Assembly: GCA_044892525.1 (NCBI GenBank)
Contig: CM097885.1
Location: forward strand, 236,284,001-236,348,000
Direction of reading: 5' to 3'
Length of the DNA stretch: 64,000 bases
DNA from: Schmidtea polychroa
Taxonomy: Eukaryota
Shown here: positions 1 through 10,690 of the stretch, piece after piece
How the letters are laid out: each line of letters begins with the position of its first letter
Position numbering within the stretch: the first letter of the stretch is position 1
Program-made: the position numbers and the translations under genes
The notes under the pieces: generated by a model
Databases searched by the model: none
Told to the model about the DNA's origin: nothing
Seen by the model: the letters and a program-made list of their open reading frames with translations, nothing else

Positions 1-2303
1 TTAGTAAACGGTAGAAGTAAACAATCGACTGTGTGTGATACTCATCAAGAAGGTCAATATAGCCAGCTCCACCATTTTCAGTGGCATTATAGAAATAACT
101 TATTTCAGAGTGGTTTGGTAAATTTAATATTTTCCTCAAATGGCTCCTCAATTGGCTGGTATTATTTACATTTATCCTTGAGTTACTACTAGGTGCTGTT
201 AATGAACTAGTTTTAATTTCCCTAGTTCTAAATGGGAAAATAAGGCACGAATGCAGGAAGATTTTATAAGCTTTGAGCTTTTGCCAGCCATAAAGATCAG
301 AGTTTGCAATCTTTTTAGTAACTTCAATGACTTGGCTGACGATTTCATAGGGACTTTGGTCATTATTATCCCCTATTGGCACTCCTAAGTATTGGTAAAA
401 TTCATTAGCGGCAAGTTGTTTAATTAAATCATTGTTGACAACAATTTCACTGACCGTTTCTAGTTTTGGGTATTGTATATATGCACATTTTTCAGGGCGA
501 TATTCAAATCCAATATTATTGGCAGTTCTTACAGCTACGTCAATTAACTTTTGAATGTCAGTTGAGCTAGTTGCAATAAGTGCAATGTCATCAGCATAAG
601 CTAACACCTGTACTCGAGAAGAGCCTATAATAAAAGGTGTAATGTTAGATGCGGTAATAGCTTCAAGTACCGGATTAATAGCTATTGCAAACAGAATCAT
701 AGAGATCGGATAGCCCTGTTTTACACCTTTCTTTATTGGAATATTCGGTGTCTGCATTTTGTTGCAGTGATAAAAAGAGCTCGTATCAGTATAAAGTAAT
801 TTCAGGATATTCACAAAGTTTTTATCAACGTTCATATGTCTTAACAATGTCCACATGTATTCGTGTGGAACACTTCCAAAAGCGTCTTTGATGTCAAGCC
901 AGGCTATTGCCAAAGGTGAACATTTACTATATTTTGAATGCTCGACAATCGCAGAGAGAATTGAGTTGTGTTCAATACATCCTTCGTATTTTGGCCAATA
1001 TGCAGCAGATTATTTGCTTTAATCCATAAACTAAGACGAACTGCAAGAACTGAAGCGAAAACTTTGTAAATCACTGACAGTAAAGCGATTGGTCGCCAAG
1101 AAGATACTTTATGGTATTGGTCATTTTTATCAGGTTTCGGAATTAATATTGTTTTAAAAGTTTTCCAACTTGAATGGATAGATTTCAGTTGAATGATTTT
1201 GTTGAAAAGTAACGCTAGAAGCTTACAATCTGGATCGAGTAACAGAAGATCTTTATAATATACATTATCAAGTCCCGGCGTAGAATTATCAGCTTCCTGA
1301 AAATTGGAAAGAATTTCCATTGGCGTAGTAATTTCTAATTCAAGTAAGCTTTTCGAGATTTTACTAAACTTTAAAACGTTGTTCCAACTTCCAGGTAAAG
1401 TATCTTGATGAGTGAAGGTGTTTATAATTTCCTGAAATGGTGGTTCAGCTTTTTCGCTATGATTACCTAAAAATCTGTTTACAGTCTTTTTCATATTTTT
1501 CAGAAATTCAGTAGAATTGTTGAATTTTTTAGGTTTATTGTGATTTTTCCCAAGATATGGCTCTCGAAATTCTTGATCCTGCAAATTTTCTAGACGAGGG
1601 ATATTTGCCAGAATAGTAGATATAATTTCATCAACAATAAAGTTAGACAATGTAGTTAAAAGGTCATCAATTCTATCTTTGCGCTGCTTCGAAGTTAGTT
1701 TCAAAGAATTAGCAATTTTCAATTTTCCACGTCTCTCAATTTTGACAATGTCATTATTATCAACTATTGGAACTAGTGAGTTGACTATTTCAGAAATTTC
1801 AGTCAAGTTAATATTTTCAAGAGATTTATCTTGAGTGTAGTTTCTGATAAATGCACAACTTAATATTTTGCTAAATAAACCAGAACCTCTTATATCATGT
1901 TGGCAGTGACCAATTGTCATTGCCCGCCCTTTACTTTGTCTTAGCTCATTAATTTTGAGCACAATGTTATAAGAGAAAGCTTGAGAAAACACGTTCAAGT
2001 AATTGGTCACTATACTAAGAAGATAATGTTCGTCTGTGTCGTAATCAATTACCAACAGCAATTCATGGGCCTTGGGAAGAGAAATTATTGCAAAGATTAC
2101 ATTTACTTTCATCATGTCCTCAATGTTTAAAAAATCATTTAAATATTGAGTACAATCATCTGAAATTGCAGCACACAAAGTTCTGTTTAGGACAATATAA
2201 TTATTCGATAATTTTAGGTTCATAAAGTATTCATTAATAATTTTATCAGTTATTTTCCCGTTGATTAAATTAGAGTTGGGAGATATTTCGATTTCAAATT
2301 TTA
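1..2303 (-). mobile_element. Non-LTR retrotransposon ORF: degenerate Ulp1/C48-like domain plus reverse transcriptase, NeSL/R2/Utopia-like. Frameshifted near 990, interrupted at 2303/2304, and continuing off the window
   Basis: ORF 904-2418 has RT motifs (TPGLDNVYY, KTILIPK, SWRPIALLSVIYK). After a small deletion near 990 another frame reads YEGCIEHN, WLDIKDAFGSVPH, GVKQGYPIS, LAYADDIALIA, PEKC and YLGVPI. The N-terminal ~38 aa of the ORF call (2304-2418) come from a different inserted element. Confidence 0.9.
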
Positions 2304-2454
2304 AGTAGTAGGAGCCCGCGGGAGCAATGACCCCCCCTGGGGGGAGGGGGGGGGGGGGGGGGGGTTCTGCTCCCGTAATTTTTTTTTGCTGCAACTTTTG
2401 ATTACGCAATTGTTGCAACTCACATTTTTTGCGTTCAGCGATTTTTAGTCCAAA

Positions 2455-3290
2455 TTTTTTTTATTAGACTATAGTGAGGGGGTCCTGGGATTTTCAATAC
2501 AAATGTTTTTTTCAATACAAAAATCCGACTATCACTAAAAAAGCATGGATTATTCACACTATAATGAGGGGGTCTCGATAGTCCTGGGATTTTCAATACA
2601 AAAAAAAATTTTCAATAGAAAAAGGCGGTCTTCAATAAAAAAGCATGGATTATTCAGACTATAGTGAGGGGGTCTCCATGGTCCTGTGATTTTCAATACA
2701 AATTTTTTTTTCAATACAAAAATCCGACTAACACTAAAAAAGCATGGATTATTCACACTATAGTGAGAGGGTCTCGATAGTCCTGGGATTTTCAATACAA
2801 AAAAAATTTTTTCAATAGAAAAAGGCGGTCTTCAATAAAAAAGCATGGATTATTCAGGGGGTCTCCATGGTCCTGGGATTTTCAATACAAATTTGAATTA
2901 CCACTAAAAAAGCATGGATTTTTCTAGGTCAATTCAGGGGGGTCTCCATGGTCCTAGAATTTTCAATACAAAAATCCGGTCTTCAATAAAAAGCATGGTA
3001 ATTTAACGTCTCAGGATATTTTCAATACAAAAATCTGATCATCACTAAAAAAGCATGGATTTTTCTAGGTCAATTCAGGTGAGTCTCGATGGTCCTGGGA
3101 TTTTCAATACAAAAAGGCGGTCTTCAATAAAAAAGCATGGTAAATAAAGGTCTCATGATATTTTCAATACAAAAATCCGACTATCATTAAAAAAGCATGG
3201 AATTTTCTAGGTCAATTCAGGTGGGTCTCCTTGGTCCTGAGAATTTCAATAGAAAAGGTGGTCTATACTAAAAAAGCGTGGTAAATTTTT
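2455..3290. repeat. Tandem minisatellite with ~100-bp units (paired as ~199-bp dimers), decaying to shorter units
   Basis: Recurring AAAAAAGCATGGATTATTCA...GGGGGTCTC...GTCCTGGGATTTTCAATACAAAA, for example at 2521 and 2720. Confidence 0.9.
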
Positions 3291-3749
3291 TAAAATAGAG
3301 CAAATTATGGGTCTAAAAATTGAATTACAGTAAATTATGGGCTAAGATTTTTAAATTAAAGTAAATTATGGTCCAAATTTTTAAATTAAAGTAAATTTAG
3401 GTTCTAAAAATTAAATTAAAGTAAATAATGGTCCAAATTTTAAAATTAAGTAATCAAAGTAAAAAATTAAAATTAAAGTTAAATAAGTAAATTGAAGTAA
3501 ATTAAAGTAAGATTTTAAAATTTATTAACAAAAAGTTGAAATAATAGAAGGTGTTTGAGAATTGAAATTTTTTAATGAAAATTTTTATGAAATATTTTTC
3601 AGTGGTAATTTTTAATGGAAATTTTTATGAGATAATTTTTTAGGTTAATTTTTAATGGAAATTTTAATAGAATAATTTTTAAGATAATTTTTATTGAAAA
3701 TTTTTATGAAATATTTTTCAAAGACAAATTTTAATAATAATTCAATAAC

Positions 3750-4119
3750 AAACCAACAACTTAGTACCAACAACCAGTAACTTATGAACATGTATTAGCA
3801 ACCAGATACCTACAACTAGTTACTAACAACTAGTTACCTGATACCAAGTACTTACAACTAGTTACTAACAACCAGTTACCTGCTACCTAGTACTTACAAC
3901 TAGTTACTAACAACCAATTACATGCTACCAAGTACTTACAACTAGATACCACGTACTAACTAACTCTCAAACAACCAGATACTTACAACCAATTACCAGA
4001 TACCAAGTACCTACAACTAGTTACTAACAGCTAGTTACCTGATACTAAGTACCTACAACCATCTAACAAGTACTAACAACCAAAAACAAGCAACCAACTA
4101 GGTACCAAGTACTAACAAC
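3750..4119. repeat. CA-rich degenerate short-period repeat (ACAACTAG/TACCAAGTAC units), left block
   Basis: Visible repeat that continues after the inserted element at 15662-16150, with inverted copies at ~17845-18190, ~18650-18750 and ~19285-19640. Confidence 0.85.
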
Positions 4120-4171
4120 AGTAGGTAGTTATGTGCACTCTAGATCCATGTGCACTCTAGATCCAGATACC

Positions 4172-4212
<41 letters not shown>

Positions 4213-4781
4213 AAACCCCCCCCCTACTTTTTTTTTTTTTTTTTTTTTTAATTTTTTAAAAGACCCCCCCCCCATATTTTTTTTTTTTTTTTTTAAATTT
4301 AAATTTTTGTTTTAATTATCGATTACGTAATAATTTTATTTTTTGTTTTAATCATCGATTACGTAATAATTTAAAATTTTTTTAAAACATCGATTACGTC
4401 ATTGATTTTAATTTTTTATAAGAATTTTTTATGTCATTATACTTGAAATTTAATTCTCTGTTAAATGAGACTATGATGTAATCAAAATTCTGAAATTTCA
4501 TTTTTAGTACACGATTTTTAAATTTACACATCTTTTTAAACAAATTGAGATATTTTCACTCAAACAATATATAGATAGAATTTTAATCTCTATAAAATGA
4601 CATCAATATTTACTTCAAATTCATAATCATAACACCTTAAACAATGTATTTTTCAGCCAACTTTTACATACACACATATTTTCAACTTTTAAAAAATACA
4701 AATTAATCATCTATACTTAACTCATAGTAAATAATTATATTAAAAGACATATTAAAAGATGTATTAAAAACTAAACATTTA

Positions 4782-5255
4782 TTAAAATCCCAGAGAAATT
4801 CGAGCACTATCTAATTTCCAAATCGGTGATATGACATCTTTCTCATCCATTTTATATCCCTGTATTGAAATATTTACAAACCAGCTTTCACCATCTTTAT
4901 ATTCAATTTCTTCAAAGGCATCATGAAAACGAGAATTTCGATTGTTGATGATTATATTTCCATTGCAACTTAGATTCTTATTGATTTTCCCCAACACTTT
5001 ATTTACTGCAACAACATCTTCTTTTGTTATATGAGCAATGAAACTTGAATATTGCGACTTGATCAATTTGACTGCATTTGAGAATTTATATGGAATTTCG
5101 TCTACCAAGAAATATATCTTATGGTTATGATACATTTGTACTGGTTTCACATCATTCTTGGCATGCTTCGTCTCAGTTATTTTCTTAATTGGGCTTGTTT
5201 CTTTCAATAAATTAGAAAATGTTTTCTCACCAAAAACGTTCTTCTTGGATTGCAT
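4782..5255 (-). CDS. 157-aa hypothetical protein, possibly an OB-fold ssDNA-binding protein; left-arm copy
   Basis: Intact ATG-TAA ORF with its own CCAAT/TATA promoter and AATAAA at the stop; identical to 14528-15001. Confidence 0.8.
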   Translation of the reverse strand: MQSKKNVFGEKTFSNLLKETSPIKKITETKHAKNDVKPVQMYHNHKIYFLVDEIPYKFSNAVKLIKSQYSSFIAHITKEDVVAVNKVLGKINKNLSCNGNIIINNRNSRFHDAFEEIEYKDGESWFVNISIQGYKMDEKDVISPIWKLDSARISLGF

Positions 5256-5613
5256 TTTTTAAAAATAATGACTATGATGTCATTTTATCTCTCTTTTATA
5301 CTTGTGTATAACCAATCAAATGAATGCATTTGTATTGCAAACAACATGCATGTGTCATTGACCTTCGTGTGTGACCTTTGTATGTGACCTTTACATTTGT
5401 GACCTTTGTATGTGAGTCATACATGGTTTGCATATGTATTGCAGATGTATTGCAAATTAGTTAATTAAAACGTGTACTAATTAGTGTGATATTAAAAATA
5501 TTATACTAATACATGTAACATAAAAATACTATAACAACATAAAAATAGTGTACTATCACAAGTAACAATATAAAAATTTTGTAACGATTAAAAATAGAAT
5601 GAAAACAAATTTT

Positions 5614-8600
5614 TTATATCATAAAATTTATTAATTGACAACCATCATCATTTGGAAAATGAGGATGATATTGCAAATCTTCATCTGGATCAACTATGGG
5701 CAGCAACATTTCTTCATCAGAATCATCAGCCATAACCATACCACCCCCCCTATAATGACCATACGCATAACTTTTATTTTTAAGTACCCAATTGCGCTTA
5801 TCGTCAGCATTAGTTAAAGCCCTCTTATTATTTTTAATACTGAAAAGTTGATGGTTTTTACTCGTTATCCTAAATTGTGGTACTGTATAAATCTCATTAT
5901 TATTATAACAATTCAGATACGACTGATGAGTTAGTCCAGTATCTTTCATTGTGACCCCCTTCGCTTTCATACATCCCTTACTACCCTTCATGCTATAACA
6001 TTTTGGTCTTAAAAATATCCATTCATCATATCCAAGACCTTTGCTTTCATCTTTAAATTTCCCTATTACAGAGTCAAGGTTTTTTGAATATAATGAATGT
6101 GTTGGCTCGTAATTAGAGGTATCTAATAAATTATCCCTTATCATTGCGGGTAAAAGAGAATTTAATTTGCAATTTTTAATTTCCAAAAAGAACGAATCTG
6201 TATCCCCAGCAACTATATTAATTTTACAATTAAATTCTATACGATATTTTTCTAAATCAATGTACTGAAGTTGGTACATACGAAGTTTTGATAAATCCAA
6301 AACTGATTGACCAATATAACTTGGTCTATTTAAACATATTAAATCTTTTCTTAATAGAACAGATATTAAGTCGTCATCGATTTTAGTAGTCCTTTTGAAA
6401 TTAGGTTTAGAACAATATGTTAATACCTTTTGGGCTGAATTGCAAAGTCTTAAATTAATTCGTTTCTTTAGGTTTTCGACAGTCTTACCGTATAGACTGT
6501 TGTTTAATAGTTTAAAATAATTTTTATCTAATGTGTTTGTTGATGATGCCCTAAGTTGTGTGTTAGTATCTATATAATTTTTAAATATTGATGACTGTTC
6601 AAATTGTATAGCGCGATGAATTTTAGTGACCTTTACCCCAATATTTAGATAAAGCTGGAGAAGTCTCCAATGAACTACATAATTCTTTTTAGGATAGTGG
6701 GTAAGCATCAACTTCTCCACTTTGGATCCTGGTGCACAGATCTTTTCAGCTGCAACAGGGAAATCGTCAAGCTTATCATGAATCGATTCTGGAATTTCCA
6801 AATCGACTTCAACAGTATAACCGAATGTGAGTAATTCCAAGTCAACATTCATACAATCATCCAAAATCTTATTTAATTTTATTTCATCGTTAATCCACTT
6901 AAAATTACCATCTGGTAGTTTCTGGCTAAGTGCCCAACCATATAGGTTGTTAATATCTATATAGAGCAACTCTGTGTTTTCATCTGATTTTACGTAATGT
7001 TTATTAACAAATGTTAATCCCCCTCGAATCCCACCCTCAAAGAAATTATAAATCTCCATGTCTTGGATCAACTCAATTGGATGATCTAAAGTCATGAGTG
7101 CAGAGTTCCATGACATACCGGGAATGCCTAAAAAGTTTAAGGGTTCCAATCTGTTATGAGCTATTGATTTTGCTCTAAACTGTTGGAAATAGTCCGCAAG
7201 TAAAAAGACATCTAATTTTAAATATATCATCATGTAATCCAAAAGTGAATTACAATTATGGTCATCCCAAATGCGCTGAGCCATATCATATTCTACTTCA
7301 GTAACACCATCCCAAATTGGAGGTAATTGGGGAGTTCCCTGAAGCACTTCTAAACTAGTTGCAAAATCATATGGGAATATGCCTTTACTATTAACAATTA
7401 CTCCGTTAAATTCAGAATTAGTCAATGGAAATGTAGTTAATGTTTGTACAGCATTTTTTAAGGAATCGTTAATAAATTGACAAGAATCGATAAATTTTAT
7501 AGTTAATCCATCAATTCTTGCATATAAACTTAAAAATTTTTCACTAGTTATAGGAATACAATTAATATTCCATGATTTAAATTTACCTAAGCCAAATTTG
7601 AGAATATGATGGAGATCATATCCTCTCAAATTATGAAAAATAACTGGTAAAACCGGTCTAATTCTTCGAGAAAGATTACAAGTTGAGCAAGCTGCACCTA
7701 AATATTTACCCGAAAAATGGTCATGATCTCTTACTGGATTTACTAAAGTTTTCTTACACAAATGACAATTTACAGCCGAAGAAAAGTTTATTTTGTCAAT
7801 ACTACTAAAAAACATCATTTTCCTATATCGTGTTTCAAAATATGGAGCCACTATTTGCTTACCAATTTCTTCAAGTTCATGAAGAAACTGTTCAACACAA
7901 TCCAATCCTATAAAACTTTTATAAAATTTATCCCCTGTAAAATTATTTATAAAAACAAAACCAGCTGAGATTGGTAAATGTTTTTGATAGTATTTATTAT
8001 CTTTAGGTAAAATTGCCTCAAAGTCGGCATAAATAACAAATGGAGGAGTGACAATCTTTGACCAATTTGTAAAACTAAGATATTTATCTTCGGGTAATGT
8101 AAAGAGAGTGGTCCCTAACTGATTTTTATCACACAAACCCTTGTGTCTCATGAAAGAATTAGGATTTCGAAAACCATTTAAGCATCTCGAACACCATTTA
8201 CTACAAATCCTAACAGCAGTTACACTAGAATCGTTACAATTCAAAAGTCTATCAAGATTAGTAACACCTATGTAATGATATGTGTCAAAATCTTCTAACA
8301 AAATTAAATTAATTGTTGTCCCCCCAATAACTTTAGATCGATAAATTATGTCAACATAAGGATGTTTCATAACTTCTTCAGTATTCTTAACATCATTTAA
8401 TATATTTTCGTTATAAGTTAAAACATTTATCGATAAACCAGGGTTTTGGGATTCAAATTTAGAAATATTACAAAGGCGCATAGGGAGATCTGCAGGATCG
8501 AATTTTAATTCCGAAGTATTATAATTATATGGCTTAGATCTATTGGTACTAATACTATTATATTTCAAAATAGATAAAATACTATATAGGAAGCATTCAT

Positions 8601-9092
8601 CATTTGTATTTTTAACATTAACAGTACATTTTTTATTTAATAATGTTTCTGGTGTAGGAATATATCCACGGCCAGTTAATCTGGATATTTGCGAATATTT
8701 TGTTATTATAAAACTAATATATTCAATTTTATGTATAACCCAGTTGCTTCCCTTTTCGTTAACTTTAATTATTTTTTCATTTAATAAATCAATACCATCT
8801 TCTAAGAAGGTATCACTCATGGGTCTAGCAGAATTTGAAATAACGAATGATTGAAATTCGTCATCTTTTACAAATTCCACTTTCAAACAAAATTGAATTT
8901 TTATTGAACCCATCTCGGATGAAACTTTATTTAATTCATTTATTAACTGAGTAGGGATCGAAACTGTTTTTAAATTTAAGGATGAAACATCCATTTTAAC
9001 TTCTGCGTGTGTTTTATTTAAATCGAATATGGTTTCAGGTTCAAGTGAACCACCTTGTTGATTAATAATGACTTCTGTAGAAGTTGATGTAA

Positions 9093-9158
<66 letters not shown>

Positions 9159-9531
9159 AAAGTGAATAAGAGTTAACTATCAAAGGCATGACCTCATCAT
9201 CAGAGTCTGAAATAACGATAAGATCTTTTTTAACAAATTTAGAGGGTTTTAGATTAGGTAAATTAATTTTTCTTTTATTATTTACATTAGGCTTATTATT
9301 ATTATTATTAGTACTTGTAGTATCATTATTATGATTTATAGCGGGATTATAGGTATTGGAAATATTATTTTTTAATAAATTAATAAGGTCTTTTTTCTTT
9401 AAATTATACTGAGTTAAATGATCCCTATGTTGATGATAAAACTCCATGTATGTTACAGTCTCGGGGTTCATACAAACAGGGCAAATAAAAAAGATGGTAT
9501 GATTATGGCTATGTTTGTAATATTTTTCCAT
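5614..9531 (-). CDS. Protein-primed family B DNA polymerase (Polinton type), left-arm copy
   Basis: Exo I YADFE, Exo II FHNLRGYD, FIDS, KGIFPY, Exo III YLKLDVFLLAD, GIRGG, motif A DINNLYG, motif B KLLNNSLYGK, motif C GDTDS, GKFKDE, PKCY, KAKGV, DDKR and YGHY. Confidence 0.96.
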
Positions 9532-9595
9532 TATGAAATCACAATCATCATGTAATGAACTATTACAATAATTTTGATATTTTGAACCTGAAAGA

Positions 9596-9646
<51 letters not shown>

Positions 9647-9705
9647 TAATATTATTATTATTATTCTTATTATTCTTATTATTCTTATTATTCTTATTCT
9701 TATTC

Positions 9706-9756
<51 letters not shown>
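9596..9756. repeat. (ATT)n/(ATTCTT)n microsatellite; the mirror copy at ~10033-10187 is 6 bp shorter
   Basis: Direct reading; the spurious mirrored ORFs across it are 80 versus 78 aa. Confidence 0.95.
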
Positions 9757-9757
<1 letters not shown>

Positions 9758-9799
9758 TTCAATAAATAATATAAATATATTTTTATCAAAAAGGTAATT

Positions 9800-9990
9800 T
9801 TACTTAAATATATTTAACCTATTACATAATAGTTTAAACATACTTAATGCAAAATATATTTACCCTATTATATAATAGGTTAAATATATTTTGTATTGAT
9901 TATGTTTAAACTATTACGTAATAGGGTAAATATATTTTGCATTAAGTATGTTTAAACTATTATGTAATAGGTTAAATATATTTAAGTAAA
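9800..9990. repeat. Palindrome centre: array of quasi-palindromic units with a 46-bp period
   Basis: CTATTA(C/T)(A/G)TAATAG occurs at 9819, 9865, 9911 and 9957. Symmetry is perfect outside 9871-9918 and mismatched inside it. Confidence 0.92.
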
Positions 9991-10031
9991 ATTACCTTTT
10001 TGATAAAAATATATTTATATTATTTATTGAA

Positions 10032-10077
<46 letters not shown>

Positions 10078-10136
10078 GAATAAGAATAAGAATAATAAGA
10101 ATAATAAGAATAATAAGAATAATAATAATAATATTA

Positions 10137-10187
<51 letters not shown>

Positions 10188-10251
10188 TCTTTCAGGTTCA
10201 AAATATCAAAATTATTGTAATAGTTCATTACATGATGATTGTGATTTCATA

Positions 10252-10624
10252 ATGGAAAAATATTACAAACATAGCCATAATCATACCATCTTTTTTATTT
10301 GCCCTGTTTGTATGAACCCCGAGACTGTAACATACATGGAGTTTTATCATCAACATAGGGATCATTTAACTCAGTATAATTTAAAGAAAAAAGACCTTAT
10401 TAATTTATTAAAAAATAATATTTCCAATACCTATAATCCCGCTATAAATCATAATAATGATACTACAAGTACTAATAATAATAATAATAAGCCTAATGTA
10501 AATAATAAAAGAAAAATTAATTTACCTAATCTAAAACCCTCTAAATTTGTTAAAAAAGATCTTATCGTTATTTCAGACTCTGATGATGAGGTCATGCCTT
10601 TGATAGTTAACTCTTATTCACTTT

Positions 10625-10690
<66 letters not shown>

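Noticed and set aside
2304..2418. Proline-rich N-terminus of the 504-aa ORF
   Set aside because: It is read-through from the G/C-run terminus of the inserted element and not part of the retrotransposon protein.
2455..3290. CRISPR-like appearance of the regular repeats
   Set aside because: The intervening sequences are themselves repeated, there are no unique spacers or cas genes, and the context is eukaryotic.
3750..4119. Telomeric-repeat interpretation of the CA-rich arrays
   Set aside because: There is no fixed unit; the arrays are degenerate, internal, and part of the fold-back arms.
9555..10228. Poly-Ile ORFs 9555-9797 and 9992-10228
   Set aside because: These are translations of (ATT)n microsatellite, not credible proteins.
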